Source: Dehalococcoidia bacterium (GTDB taxonomy: Bacteria > Chloroflexota > Dehalococcoidia > Bin125). Taken from it: a DNA stretch of 64,000 bases. The stretch covers positions 256,001-320,000 of the forward strand of contig CAXXNO010000012.1 in NCBI GenBank assembly GCA_963663235.2, written 5' to 3'. The first letter of the stretch is position 1. The number at the start of each line of letters is the position of its first letter. The notes below the pieces were generated by a model. It searched no databases, was not told the origin of the DNA, and was given only the letters and a program-made list of their open reading frames with translations. Position numbers and translations under genes: made by a program. Of this stretch, positions 1-10,113 are shown in pieces.

Positions 1-49
1 GCGCTAGCCGGCGGAGTGGCCGCGCACGGCTGCGCGCGCGCGGCGCCCG

Positions 50-634
50 CTAGGATTGCGCGCCGGGGCTGCCCGCCAGGCCGATGGCGTCCGCGACCTC
101 GCGCATGGCCGCGATCACTTCCTGGATGTGATCGCTGAGGTCGACTCCCAGCTCGGTGGCGCCGTTGGTGATGTCGTCACGGTTGACGGCGCGGGCGAAG
201 GCGGGCTCCTTCATCTTCTTGCGCACGGACTTCACCTTGACGTCATGGATCGACTTGCTGGGGCGCACCAGCGCCACGGCCACGATGAAGCCGGCCAGTT
301 CGTCGACGGCGTAGAGCGTCTTCTCCATCGGCGACTCACGCGAGACGCCCGTGGCAGGGTTGTGTGACTCCACCGCGCGCGCCAGCGCCTCCGGCCAGCC
401 GCGATCCCGCATGATGCGAGCGCCCACCGTGGCGTGCTGGTCTGGCTCGGGGAACTTCTCGTAGTCGAAGTCATGGAGCATGCCGGCCATGCCCCACGAC
501 TCCTCGTCCTCACCGGTCTTCCGCGCGAACGCGCGCATGACGCCTTCGACGGCGAGCGCGTGCTTGCGCAGCGATTCAGATTGTGTGTGCTCACAGAGCA
601 GCGCCCAGGCCTCATCGCGGGATGGCGAGTCCAT
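50..634 (-). CDS. HD/HDIG-domain metal-dependent phosphohydrolase
   Basis: RKHALAVE...GMLHDFDYE...VESH...AVDELAG HD-superfamily motifs. Confidence 0.85.
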   Translation of the reverse strand: MDSPSRDEAWALLCEHTQSESLRKHALAVEGVMRAFARKTGEDEESWGMAGMLHDFDYEKFPEPDQHATVGARIMRDRGWPEALARAVESHNPATGVSRESPMEKTLYAVDELAGFIVAVALVRPSKSIHDVKVKSVRKKMKEPAFARAVNRDDITNGATELGVDLSDHIQEVIAAMREVADAIGLAGSPGAQS

Positions 635-667
635 GGTCCACCTCCATACCCGCAGGATATCCGCTGG

Positions 668-1492
668 CTAGATCGCGCGCCCGGTGTCGAAGAGGAGAGC
701 GCGGGCCAGGATCTCGCCGGCAAGGATGGCGCCGGTCACCAGGTAGAGCAGCCCCGTGGCGGACATCATCGACCGGATGCGCGACGAGGACCAGGCCATC
801 CAGGCCAGCACGATGGGAAAGGCCAGACCGACGCCGACGCGCAGCCAGAACGCGCGATTGACCTCTAAGGCCTCATCGCGCCCGCCGGCCGGGATCTCGT
901 TGACGGACGTCGCAACCCCCACCACCAGCAACGCCACCTGTGCCCCCAGGATGAGCAGCAGCACCACCGTCGCCTCGTTGAGCGGCTGGGCGGGGAGCCG
1001 CGGTGACACCAGATACCAATGCCCCAAGCTCAGGCTCACCGCCGCCGTCCCCAGCGCCAGCGTGCCCGCCAGCAAACTCAGGAACAGCAGCCCAACACTC
1101 CAGACCGGGAAGCGCAGCATCACCGCCAGCAGCACCAGCACCGCGACGGCCAGAACGGACAGCACCCCGCTCAGCGCGAGCCCCGTCCGCTGCCGGTTGC
1201 CGTACAGCACCCCAACGTGCAGCACACTCAGCGCCGTGATGGCCACCATGAGGGCGCGCACCGCGTCCAGCGGCTGCGTGTCCAGCCGGTAACCGCTGAC
1301 CGCCTCCCCTTCAAGCGTGAACGCCATCCACAGCGCCAAACCGAGCGCGAGCGGGATCATCAGCGTGGTCGAGCGGACGAAGCCGGGCGTCGTCTTCCCG
1401 CGCAGGGCCACCGCCGCCATCACGATGACGGCGCCGAGAGAGAATTCGACCAGGATCAGAAACAGCACGTAAGGGAGGGCGTCAGATTCCAT
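668..1492 (-). CDS. Polytopic membrane protein (about 8 TM, DmsC/NrfD-like topology), function unknown
   Basis: Alternating hydrophobic helices; GHWYL and SATGLLY motifs; co-oriented with neighbours. Confidence 0.65.
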   Translation of the reverse strand: MESDALPYVLFLILVEFSLGAVIVMAAVALRGKTTPGFVRSTTLMIPLALGLALWMAFTLEGEAVSGYRLDTQPLDAVRALMVAITALSVLHVGVLYGNRQRTGLALSGVLSVLAVAVLVLLAVMLRFPVWSVGLLFLSLLAGTLALGTAAVSLSLGHWYLVSPRLPAQPLNEATVVLLLILGAQVALLVVGVATSVNEIPAGGRDEALEVNRAFWLRVGVGLAFPIVLAWMAWSSSRIRSMMSATGLLYLVTGAILAGEILARALLFDTGRAI

Positions 1493-1512
1493 CCGTCAGG
1501 CGCCGACCCCGA

Positions 1513-1719
1513 TCAGATCTTGAGCGCCAGGATCTCGCGCTGGAGGCCCTCGTCGCCGATCTCCACCTGCACGTTCAAGACCCGAAACCGCCGGTGGCCG
1601 CCGCCCCGAGTCACCACAAAGGTGTCGCCCTTGCTCCACAGGTAGTCCGTGTCCAGCGTATCGATCAACGATTGCTTCCGTTCCGTGAACGGGTCCGACT
1701 CCCACAGCTCCGTCAGCAT
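1513..1719 (-). CDS. Small hypothetical protein (68 aa, MLTELWESDPF...)
   Basis: Strong SD AAGGAGG before ATG at 1719; C-terminal part of ORF 1513..2154; first gene of the minus-strand run. Confidence 0.65.
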   Translation of the reverse strand: MLTELWESDPFTERKQSLIDTLDTDYLWSKGDTFVVTRGGGHRRFRVLNVQVEIGDEGLQREILALKI

Positions 1720-1834
1720 TGGCCCGCCTCCTTCACGTCGCGGCCCCGCCTCAGCCTGAGCAGCGATGGCCGTGCGGTCAAGCCGCCGCGCGCCGTGGCA
1801 CAATGAGGGAGTGAGGATAAGGGACGGCGGCGGT

Positions 1835-2362
1835 ATGCGAACCCGGGCCATGTGGCTGATCAAGGCTCTGGCCGAGTCGGGGCACGAGCAGGAAGAGCTC
1901 CTCCTCGACGCCTCCGAGGCCGACGCCCAGCGCCATCCGCTGCCCGGCGAGTGGTCGCTCGTCGAGATCGCGGGCCACCTGCGTGACCGCGAGTCGATCA
2001 CGGCGTACCACATGGAGCAACTGCTCTTGGAGACAGCGACCAGCCTGCGCCTGCACGATCTGGAATGGCTGGATCCGGCGCCCGAGTACGGCGACGCCGG
2101 CCTCGGCCACCTGCTGCGGGCGTACGCCGCCCAGCGGCGCTGGGTCTGCCACATGCTCGTCGCGGTGGCCTCGTGCGATCGGGATCCGAGCGCGCATCAC
2201 CCGTTCATGGGGACCGTCTCCGTGCTCCGCTTGGCCGACGCCCTCCACGACCATGACCTAGAGCACCTCTGGCAGGCGCGCCGCCTACGCGCGGCGTTGG
2301 CCGTTTCCCCAGCGCGGGCGGCCGGCGCGGACGCCGGCGCCCCACCCCACCGCTCCGCCTAG
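1835..2362 (+). CDS. DinB/YfiT family protein
   Basis: GEWSLVEIAGHLRD and HDHDLEHL His triad; start uncertain (1835 or 1850). Confidence 0.8.
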   Translation: MRTRAMWLIKALAESGHEQEELLLDASEADAQRHPLPGEWSLVEIAGHLRDRESITAYHMEQLLLETATSLRLHDLEWLDPAPEYGDAGLGHLLRAYAAQRRWVCHMLVAVASCDRDPSAHHPFMGTVSVLRLADALHDHDLEHLWQARRLRAALAVSPARAAGADAGAPPHRSA

Positions 2363-3267
2363 GCCCGTCCTCGCAGTTGGCGGACCAGCCGAACGATCCC
2401 ATCGGTCCTGCCCAGCAGCGGAATCAGGTAGACCCCAGCGCACCACGACCGCACCGTCTCGACGAACTCGTACGCCAACTCCAGCCCCAGCTCGGCCGCG
2501 CCGTCGCCTGCGGATTCCAGCCGCTCGACCATCGCGCCGGGCACGTGGACGCCCGGCACGTTCTCGGCCATGTAGCGCGCGTTGCGGCCGCTGATCAGGG
2601 GCATCACGCCCAGTACCACCGGCCGTCCGATGGACTTGGTGCGCTCCAGAAAGCGCTCGACAGGCGCCGTCTCGTACGCCGGTTGGGTAAAGAAGACGTG
2701 CGCGCCGCGCTGCGCCTTGTCCTGCAGCCGCGCGATCTCGGCGTCGAGGTCGGGGTTGTTGGGGTTCGCCGCCGCCGCGATGGTGAAGTCCGACCCTGCG
2801 CCGAGCTCGTTCCCGGCCGAATCGACACCCCGGTTGAGGGTCGCGATCAGGCCGATCAGCCCTTCCGCCTTGACGTCCCACACCCCCGTGGCGTTGCCGT
2901 ATTGGCCGAGGCTGGGCGGATCGCCGGAGAGCGCGATCACCGTGCGGATGCCCAGCATGTGCGCCCCGAGAAGGTCCGACTGCAAGGCCATCAAGTTGCG
3001 GTCGCGGGACGTGAAATGGATGATCGCCTCCAGCCCGGCGCGCTGCTGCACGGCCAGCGCGAACGAGAGCGGACTCATCCGTACCGAGGCCATTGGACTG
3101 TCGCCCACGTCCACGCAGTCGACGCCGGCGTCGCGGAGCGCCGCGGCGACCTCCAACCCCCCCTCGGCGGAGAGGCCGTGCGGCGGGTCCAGCTCCACCG
3201 AGAGGATCCACTCCCCCTGGTCCAGCATGCGCCGAAAGCGATAGTCCACCGGCTTCTGGCGAGTCAC
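2359..3267 (-). CDS. Methylenetetrahydrofolate reductase domain (YitJ C-terminal type, stand-alone)
   Basis: SVELDPP, DSPMASVRMS, HFTSRDRNLMALQSDLLGAH, FFTQP motifs; GTG start inferred. Confidence 0.85.
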   Translation of the reverse strand: MTRQKPVDYRFRRMLDQGEWILSVELDPPHGLSAEGGLEVAAALRDAGVDCVDVGDSPMASVRMSPLSFALAVQQRAGLEAIIHFTSRDRNLMALQSDLLGAHMLGIRTVIALSGDPPSLGQYGNATGVWDVKAEGLIGLIATLNRGVDSAGNELGAGSDFTIAAAANPNNPDLDAEIARLQDKAQRGAHVFFTQPAYETAPVERFLERTKSIGRPVVLGVMPLISGRNARYMAENVPGVHVPGAMVERLESAGDGAAELGLELAYEFVETVRSWCAGVYLIPLLGRTDGIVRLVRQLRGRA

Positions 3268-3342
3268 AGGCGCCCCTTCGCCCCAGGGACAGTATGGCGC
3301 AGAGAGCCGCACCGAGAGGCCGCGCCATCCGGCCCAACAGCG

Positions 3343-3366
3343 ACGGCCCGCCGATCGGCGGGCCGT
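3343..3366. terminator. Perfect 24-bp palindrome downstream of iscA-like gene (possible terminator hairpin)
   Basis: ACGGCCCGCCGATCGGCGGGCCGT; no U-tract. Confidence 0.45.
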
Positions 3367-3391
3367 ACGAGAGGCCTCAGCGAACCGTCGG

Positions 3392-3775
3392 TTAGCAGCA
3401 GGAGCGGGCCTGATCGGTGCCGGTCTGCTCGGCGGTATCGAACGAGGTTCCGCAAGCGCAGGTCTTGGCGGCGTTCGGGTTGGAGATGCTGAAGCCCTGC
3501 TTCATCACGTCGTCGATGTAATCCACGCGCGCGCCGACGAGCAGCGGGGCGCTCTCGGGGTCGACGAGGAATGTGACGCCCTTGTGGATGATCTCCTGGT
3601 CGCCCTCCTCTTTGTCGGTCGCGAGGGCCATGCCGTACTGGTGGCCGCTGCAGCCGCCGCCGACGACGAACACCCGCAGCGAGCCTTCCTCGTAGCCCTT
3701 ATCCTTGAGCATCGCCGCGGCCTTCTCCGCCGCCAGATCCGTGATGGTCAGCAACTGGGGAACGATCGTGGTCAT
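3392..3775 (-). CDS. Iron-sulfur cluster carrier protein, HesB/IscA/ErpA family
   Basis: LRVFVVGGGCSG and NPNAAKTCACGTSF; SD AGGAGAGG before ATG 3775. Confidence 0.95.
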   Translation of the reverse strand: MTTIVPQLLTITDLAAEKAAAMLKDKGYEEGSLRVFVVGGGCSGHQYGMALATDKEEGDQEIIHKGVTFLVDPESAPLLVGARVDYIDDVMKQGFSISNPNAAKTCACGTSFDTAEQTGTDQARSCC

Positions 3776-3832
3776 GTGCCCTCTCCTTCGGCGCGCAGGC
3801 CTCGGAACCGCACGGATTGCCCGACTAACCGT

Positions 3833-3934
3833 AGTATACGGCAAGCCTGGCCGATCATCCAACCGGGGCCGCCCGTAGGACTTTCTCTACCTGCCTGTAT
3901 CTTATTGACCGCGGCCGATTCCCGTCTATAGCCT
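3833..3934. promoter_or_regulatory. Divergent sigma70-like promoters between iscA-like and iscS
   Basis: Minus: TTGGAT-N18-TATACT (3862-3833); plus: TTGACC-N18-TAGCCT (3905-3934). Confidence 0.45.
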
Positions 3935-3963
3935 AAGGGCGCAGAGACCCGGCTGAGGCGCCG

Positions 3964-5133
3964 ATGCCCGACCGCATCTACCTGGATCACGCCGCCACCA
4001 CCCCCATGGACCCACGTGTCCTGGAGGCGATGCTGCCGTACTACCGCGTCGCATGGGGGAACCCTTCCGGCATCTACATGGAGGCCCAAGCCGCGCGCAG
4101 GGGGCTGGACGATGCCCGTGAGCGCGTCGCGGCCGTCCTGGACTGTGCACCCACCGAGGTCATCTTCACCTCCGGCGGCACGGAGGCGGACAACCTGGCG
4201 ATCCGCGGAGTGGCCGCCGCGCGCGCGCACGCCGGCCGGCACCTCGTGAGCTGCGCCATCGAGCACCACGCCGTGCTGCACACGCTGGAGAGCCTGGAGC
4301 GCGAGGGCTACGAGGTGACCCTGCTGCCCGTGGACGCCGAGGGCTTCGTCGATCCGGCGGCGGTGCAGGCCGCCGTGCGCGACGACACCACGCTGGTCAC
4401 GATCATGGCCGCCAACAACGAAGTCGGCACGCTGGAGCCCGTCGCCGAGATCGCGCGGGCGGTCAAGGAGCGCAACCCCAAGACCATCGTGCACAGCGAC
4501 GCCGTCCAGACCGTCGGCGCCATCGACATTCGCCCGGACGTCCTGGGCGTTGACCTGCTCTCGCTGACGGCGCACAAGTTCTACGGGCCCAAGGGCGTCG
4601 GCGTGCTCTACGCCCGGACGCACACCCCGCTGGCGCCACAGATCCTGGGGGGCAGCCAGGAGCGCGAGCAGCGCGCAGGCACGGAGAACGTCGCCGGGGC
4701 GGCCGCCCTGGCCGCCGCGCTTGAACTGGCCGACGGCGAACGGGAGCAGCGCTCCGCCCATGTACGCGCGCTGCGCGACCAGATGTGGCGCGAACTGCGC
4801 GAAGGGATCGACCGCGTCGTGCTGACCGGCCCGCGAGACCTTGATCGGCGGCTGCCCAACAACCTCAGCGTCTGCTTCAGCGGCGTGGAGGGGGAGAGCA
4901 TCCTCTTGCTCCTCGACATGGCGGGCATCGCCGCGAGCAGCGGCTCCGCCTGCACCACCGGCTCCAGCGAGCCCAGCCACGTCCTCACCGCCATGGGCGT
5001 CGACGACGAGCTGGCCCACGCGGCGGTGCGCCTCACCTTCGGCGCCGACAACGATCACGCGCAGGTCGAGCGGGTGGCCGGGGAGTTACCGCAGATCATC
5101 CAGCGCCTCCGCGCGCTCTCGCCGGCCGTCTAG
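3964..5133 (+). CDS. iscS: Cysteine desulfurase (IscS/NifS group I)
   Basis: IYLDHAATTP, TAHKFYGPKG (PLP Lys), SSGSACT (catalytic Cys). Confidence 0.95.
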   Translation: MPDRIYLDHAATTPMDPRVLEAMLPYYRVAWGNPSGIYMEAQAARRGLDDARERVAAVLDCAPTEVIFTSGGTEADNLAIRGVAAARAHAGRHLVSCAIEHHAVLHTLESLEREGYEVTLLPVDAEGFVDPAAVQAAVRDDTTLVTIMAANNEVGTLEPVAEIARAVKERNPKTIVHSDAVQTVGAIDIRPDVLGVDLLSLTAHKFYGPKGVGVLYARTHTPLAPQILGGSQEREQRAGTENVAGAAALAAALELADGEREQRSAHVRALRDQMWRELREGIDRVVLTGPRDLDRRLPNNLSVCFSGVEGESILLLLDMAGIAASSGSACTTGSSEPSHVLTAMGVDDELAHAAVRLTFGADNDHAQVERVAGELPQIIQRLRALSPAV

Positions 5134-5229
5134 CGAGCGCTGCCGGAGGCAAGCGGTCGTTTCTGCTATGCTTGGGACGAGAATCACAATGTCGGCGTTC
5201 CGCGCCGACCGCCCCGGAGAGGCGCCCGC

Positions 5230-5934
5230 GTGAACAGCGACGTGGACTCAATCCCGGTCCTCTCCCCCACCGGCGGCGACTCCATTGAGGCCGACCTGCG
5301 CCAGCAGTTGCTGCTCACCCGGATGGACCACATCCTCACCTGGGCGCGCCGTTCATCCCTGTGGCCGGTCATGTTCGGGCTGGCCTGTTGCGCCATCGAA
5401 ATGATCGCCACCGCCACCTCACGCTATGACATCGCCCGCTTCGGCGCCGAGGTCTTCCGGGCCTCGCCGCGCCAGGCGGACCTGATGATCGTCGCCGGGA
5501 CGGTGACCTGGAAGATGGCGGCGCCCGTGCGGCGGATCTACCTGCAGATGGCCGAGCCCAAATACGTGATCTCCATGGGGTCGTGCAGCAACATCGGCGG
5601 GCCCTTCGCGCACGGCTACAGCGTCCTGCCCGGTGTCAACAACATCATCCCCGTCGATGTCTACGTGCCCGGCTGTCCGCCGCGGCCGGAGTCGCTCCTG
5701 TCCGGGCTCATGCTGCTGCAAGACGTCATGAAAGAAGAGGGGCTCACCGGCAGGCGCAAGCGGCCGGAGCCGCCCGGCGACTTCTCCAAGATGCTCCCGG
5801 TGGACGACCCCATCCGCCGCGAGCTGGAATCGCTCTTCCCGCCCTACCACAGCCGGGACAGGCTCCCGCGGGACCCGCAGACCGGCGCCCTGCCGAGCGA
5901 CACGAACTTCGAGAGCATCGGGGGGCGCGCCTGA
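5230..5934 (+). CDS. nuoB: NADH-quinone oxidoreductase subunit B
   Basis: [34 protein letters not shown]. Confidence 0.95.
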   Translation: MNSDVDSIPVLSPTGGDSIEADLRQQLLLTRMDHILTWARRSSLWPVMFGLACCAIEMIATATSRYDIARFGAEVFRASPRQADLMIVAGTVTWKMAAPVRRIYLQMAEPKYVISMGSCSNIGGPFAHGYSVLPGVNNIIPVDVYVPGCPPRPESLLSGLMLLQDVMKEEGLTGRRKRPEPPGDFSKMLPVDDPIRRELESLFPPYHSRDRLPRDPQTGALPSDTNFESIGGRA

Positions 5935-6416
5935 TGTACGGTCTCGGCATCGCCCAGGGGATGCTGACCACGATCAGGCACCTGGCCAAACCGCCGATCA
6001 CCGTGCAATTCCCGGATGAGGAGCGCGCCCTCTCGCCGCGCGCCCGCACCAATCTCGTCTGGTTCGTAGAGCGCTGCACCGGCTGCAGCACTTGCGCCCA
6101 GGCCTGCCCGGACGGCTGCATCCTGGTGCAGACCCAGCCGCGCGAGGACGGCTCCTACCTGGTGGAGCGCTACGAGATCGACTTCCGCCTCTGCATGTAC
6201 TGCGGCCTCTGCGTGGAGGCCTGCCCCTACGAAGCGATCCAGATCGGCGGACCCTACAACGACGTCGTCACCAACCCCGACGAGTTGTATCGCGACAAGC
6301 CGGTCCTCATCGGGCTCGCCAACACGTACCTGGAGGAGCACGACTGGACCTACCCCAACGGGCAGAAGGCCGTGCACCAAACCATCCCCCCCGCCGAGCA
6401 ACGGCAGCACCACTAG
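5934..6416 (+). CDS. nuoI: NADH-quinone oxidoreductase subunit I (2x[4Fe-4S])
   Basis: CTGCSTCAQACP and CMYCGLCVEACP; TGATG overlap with nuoB. Confidence 0.9.
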   Translation: MYGLGIAQGMLTTIRHLAKPPITVQFPDEERALSPRARTNLVWFVERCTGCSTCAQACPDGCILVQTQPREDGSYLVERYEIDFRLCMYCGLCVEACPYEAIQIGGPYNDVVTNPDELYRDKPVLIGLANTYLEEHDWTYPNGQKAVHQTIPPAEQRQHH

Positions 6417-6431
6417 GCGAGCGGAGCCGGC

Positions 6432-8996
6432 GTGGCGCGCATCACCCTAAACGGCCAAGAGTTCGACGTGGAAGCCGGCCGCCCTCTGGTGGAGGTGATC
6501 AAAGAGCTCGGCTTCTACATCTCGAACCTCTGTTACATCGACGGCCTGCCCCCTTACGCCGGCTGCCGCACCTGCATCGTGGAGATCGAAGGCGCCCGCG
6601 GGCTGCCGCTGGCCTGCAGCACGACCGTCGCCGACGGGATGCTCGTGCACACGGACACCCCCGCGGTCACGAGCGCGCGGCAGGAGGTCATGGCCATCAT
6701 CCTGGCCAACCACTCCGACCGCTGCCTCACCTGCCACCGCGTAGAGCACTGCAAGACCGGCGAGATCTGCCTGCGCGACAACGTGATCACGCATCGTTGC
6801 GTCACCTGCTCCAAGAACTATCGCTGCGAGCTCCAGACCGCCTCGGACGTGGCCGATATCGGCCGCGCCAACATCGAGCCCTACCTGGATGAGGTCCGCA
6901 CCTTCTACCAATACGAACAGCCGCCGTCCGATCACGGCAACCCCTTCCTGGAATTCGACCCGCAAATGTGCATCATCTGCACCCGCTGCGTTCGCGCCTG
7001 CGAGGACCTGCGCCACACCACCGCCATCACCCTGGCCGGGCGCGGCTTCTCGACCCGCATCGCCTTCGGCTCCGGGGGAACGATCGACGAGTCGAACTGC
7101 GATTTCTGCGGCGCCTGCATCGACGTGTGCCCCACCGCCGCGCTCATGGAAGCTCCCAATAAATGGCTCGCCCGGCCCGAGCGCTGGGTGGGGACCGTGT
7201 GCAGCGAGTGCTCCGTGGGCTGCACCATCCAGATGGGCGTCAAGAACGGTCGCGGCGTGATTGTGCGGCCCGGCAAGGGCAACGACGCCAGCCGCGACCA
7301 GATCTGCGTGCGCGGCCGCTTTGGCTACGACCAGGTACGCGACAAGCACCGCCTCAAGCGTGGCCGCCTGGGCCGCGGCCTTGATGCGGCGGCGGCCGAG
7401 CCCGATGCCGTGATCGCCGACGCGGCCGCCACCCTGCGCGCCATCATCGATCGGCACGGAGCCCAGGCCGTGGGCCTGCTCGGCTCCGCCGTCGCCACCA
7501 ACGAGGACAACTTCCTGCTGCGCCGGCTGGCCGACCTGATCGACACGCCGCACCGGGACTCCAGCGCCGGCTACGTCGATGGGCCCGTGGCCGGCGTGAT
7601 CGCGGCGGCGTTCGGAAGCGAGCGGCTGCCCAACCGCCTGGCCGAGATCGCGCAGGCCAAAACCCTGGTAGTCATCGCGGACGACCTGGAATCCAGCCAC
7701 AACATCGCGGCCCTGCGCGTGAAGGACGCCGTCGTCAGCGGCGGCGCCAAGTTGGTGAGCATCGCACCCCGCGCCAACGAGGTCGACGATTTCGCCGCCG
7801 CCGTCCTGCGCGCCGAACACGGCGACATGGCCGCGGTCGCGGATGCCCTAGCCGGCGCCCTGCTGGCGGACGAGGACGTGCGGGCGGAGGTCGAGGCGCT
7901 TCCGGGGCTCGACACACTACCGGCGGCGGAGGCGACGCAAGAGATCGCCCAGGCGGCGGCAATCCTGAAGCAAGGACGCGGCGACGCGCTCGCCGTCGTG
8001 TTCGCCCCTTCGCGAGGCAGCGCCGCAATTGCGGCGGCCCAGGCGCGGGCAGCGGCCAACCTCGCCATCGCGCTGGCCGGTCCCCAGCGAGCCCCGCAGG
8101 CGCTGCATCTCCTCCCCGCCGACGTCAACGCGGTCGGTCTGCGTGACATGGGCGTCCGCCCCGCAGAGGGCGGCCTGGGCGTCGGCGCCATGCTGCACGC
8201 CGCCCGTGACGGTTCGATCAAGGCGCTGATCATCGCCAAGGACAACCCGATGCTGACGCTGCCCGACCGGGCCGGGGTACGCGCCGCGCTGGAAGCGGTC
8301 GAACTCTGCTTGGTGATCGACGACGTCCCCACGGACACCGTGGCGCTGGCCACGCACGTCCTGCCGGATGTCGCGCCCTATGCGAAAGACGGCACGGTCA
8401 CCACCGCCGACCGGCAGATCTTACGGCAGCGTGGAGCGTTCAGCCCCCAGGGTGGGGCGGAACCCGCGTGGGCGCACCTGGCTGCGCTGGGCGGCGCCCT
8501 CGGCGGCGATTTCCCGTTTCGGCACGCCGCCGATGTGATGGAGGAGATCCGCCGTACGGTTCCCGGCTACGAGGACGCTTCATACCGCGCTCTCGCGCGG
8601 GGCGCCAGACAGCCACCGAATGGAGCGACCACCCAAGCGCTCCTACCATCGCAACCGCCGATCGAGCGCAACGGACGATCGGGTCTGGTCCTGCTGACCG
8701 CTCGCGACCTCTACACCGACCGTCAGGCCGCCGCCATCCGCCTGCCCGACGCCGACCGCCTGCACCGCAGCGAAGCGCTGGAGATCCACCCGCGCGACGC
8801 CGCCGCCCGCGGTCTGAGCCCGGGCCAAACGGTCAGCGTGACCGCCAACGGCGGCGCGCTCTCGCTGCCCGCCAAGGTGACCGAGGATGTCCCGGAAGGC
8901 GCCGTGTTCATCGCCGCCCTCTATGACGGCGGGGCCGTGCAGGCATTGCTGTCTACGGACGACGGAGAGTGCCGGGTGGAGGTGCGGCCGCAGTAA
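6432..8996 (+). CDS. NuoG/FdhA-like multi Fe-S molybdopterin-oxidoreductase-fold protein
   Basis: 2Fe-2S (CYID...GCRTC...C), HSDRCLTC, CIICTRCVRAC, CDFCGACIDVCP, CSECSVGC...C; C-terminal IHPRDA domain. Confidence 0.85.
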   Translation: MARITLNGQEFDVEAGRPLVEVIKELGFYISNLCYIDGLPPYAGCRTCIVEIEGARGLPLACSTTVADGMLVHTDTPAVTSARQEVMAIILANHSDRCLTCHRVEHCKTGEICLRDNVITHRCVTCSKNYRCELQTASDVADIGRANIEPYLDEVRTFYQYEQPPSDHGNPFLEFDPQMCIICTRCVRACEDLRHTTAITLAGRGFSTRIAFGSGGTIDESNCDFCGACIDVCPTAALMEAPNKWLARPERWVGTVCSECSVGCTIQMGVKNGRGVIVRPGKGNDASRDQICVRGRFGYDQVRDKHRLKRGRLGRGLDAAAAEPDAVIADAAATLRAIIDRHGAQAVGLLGSAVATNEDNFLLRRLADLIDTPHRDSSAGYVDGPVAGVIAAAFGSERLPNRLAEIAQAKTLVVIADDLESSHNIAALRVKDAVVSGGAKLVSIAPRANEVDDFAAAVLRAEHGDMAAVADALAGALLADEDVRAEVEALPGLDTLPAAEATQEIAQAAAILKQGRGDALAVVFAPSRGSAAIAAAQARAAANLAIALAGPQRAPQALHLLPADVNAVGLRDMGVRPAEGGLGVGAMLHAARDGSIKALIIAKDNPMLTLPDRAGVRAALEAVELCLVIDDVPTDTVALATHVLPDVAPYAKDGTVTTADRQILRQRGAFSPQGGAEPAWAHLAALGGALGGDFPFRHAADVMEEIRRTVPGYEDASYRALARGARQPPNGATTQALLPSQPPIERNGRSGLVLLTARDLYTDRQAAAIRLPDADRLHRSEALEIHPRDAAARGLSPGQTVSVTANGGALSLPAKVTEDVPEGAVFIAALYDGGAVQALLSTDDGECRVEVRPQ

Positions 8997-9006
8997 CCGG
9001 CCGCGA

Positions 9007-10113
9007 TCAGCCGATGGGCAACACCGAGCCGATCCCGAACGTCACGCCGGTGGCCGCCAGCCCGATCACCACCATCCGCCCCCCGGCGTAGAGCGGGTTG
9101 CGACCCGTGAGCAGCGACGTGAACGCCCCGACGACCCCAAGCGTCACGGCGCCCGCGATTATGGCCGCGACCAGCGCCGAGTACCCGCTGCCCACGATGA
9201 ACGGCAGGACCGGCACGATCGCGCCCAGCGCGAAGGCGATGAGCGATCCCCCAGCGGCGCCCCAGGGGGACGCCAACTCGTTCGGGTCCAGCCCCAGCTC
9301 TTCGCGCGCAAGCGTATCCAGCGCCTGCTCCGGGTCCTTCATGAGCTCGTCCACCACGTCTCTGGCCACGCCATCGGAGACGCCCTTGTCCCGATAGATG
9401 CGCAGCAGCTCCGCCCGCTCCTCGTCGGGGTCCAGCTCCAGTTCCAGACGCTCCTTGGCGATCTGGTTCTCCAGCAGCTCCGCCTGGCTGCGCACGGAGA
9501 GGTACTCGCCCGCGCTCATCGAAAACGCCCCGGCCAGCAGCCCGGCGACGCCGGCCAGCAGCACCGTGTCACCCTGGATGGACGCGCCGGCGACCCCAGC
9601 TACGAGGCTGAGATTCGAGACCAAGCCGTCGTTGAAGCCGAAGAGCGACGCACGGAAGAGGCTAGCGGCGTTGCTGGAGGCGAACCCGTGCTCGGCCTCG
9701 GCGAAGCGCCCGGGCTCGGTCAACCGGCCCAGCACCGCGCGATGCTCGCGTTCCTCCTCCGCCAGCGTGCCGGCCTCGGGATGCTGCGCGTACAGGCGAA
9801 TGTTGGCCAGTTCATCAGATCGCAGCCGGGGCACTACTAGTGAGAGGCCGCCGACCCGCGCCAGCAACGCCAGCCATCGGGTGCGCCATCTCGGCCGCGG
9901 CGGCCGCTCCAGCAGCGTCCGGTCCCCCAGCAGACCGGCCCAGTGGGCGGCGTGGTCCCGCTCTGCGGCGGCCAGATCGCGGAGCGTGGCGGCGGTCGCG
10001 GGATTGCGGCACTGATCCGCCAGTCGATCGTAGAGCCAGCCGCTCTCCAGCTCTTCTTCGATCATGGCGCGGTACTGTTCGAGGCGGGCTTCGTCGATCT
10101 GAGGGGCGGTCAC
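9007..10113 (-). CDS. VIT1/CCC1 family Fe/Mn transporter with N-terminal rubrerythrin/ferritin-like domain
   Basis: EELES..LY, AAAERDHAAHW, EEEREH; FGFNDGLVSN, GAFSMSAGEYLSV; GTG start at 10113. Confidence 0.9.
   Translation of the reverse strand: MTAPQIDEARLEQYRAMIEEELESGWLYDRLADQCRNPATAATLRDLAAAERDHAAHWAGLLGDRTLLERPPRPRWRTRWLALLARVGGLSLVVPRLRSDELANIRLYAQHPEAGTLAEEEREHRAVLGRLTEPGRFAEAEHGFASSNAASLFRASLFGFNDGLVSNLSLVAGVAGASIQGDTVLLAGVAGLLAGAFSMSAGEYLSVRSQAELLENQIAKERLELELDPDEERAELLRIYRDKGVSDGVARDVVDELMKDPEQALDTLAREELGLDPNELASPWGAAGGSLIAFALGAIVPVLPFIVGSGYSALVAAIIAGAVTLGVVGAFTSLLTGRNPLYAGGRMVVIGLAATGVTFGIGSVLPIG

Noticed and set aside
6432-8996. Selenocysteine formate dehydrogenase
   Set aside because: No in-frame TGA and no catalytic Cys/Sec-His motif.
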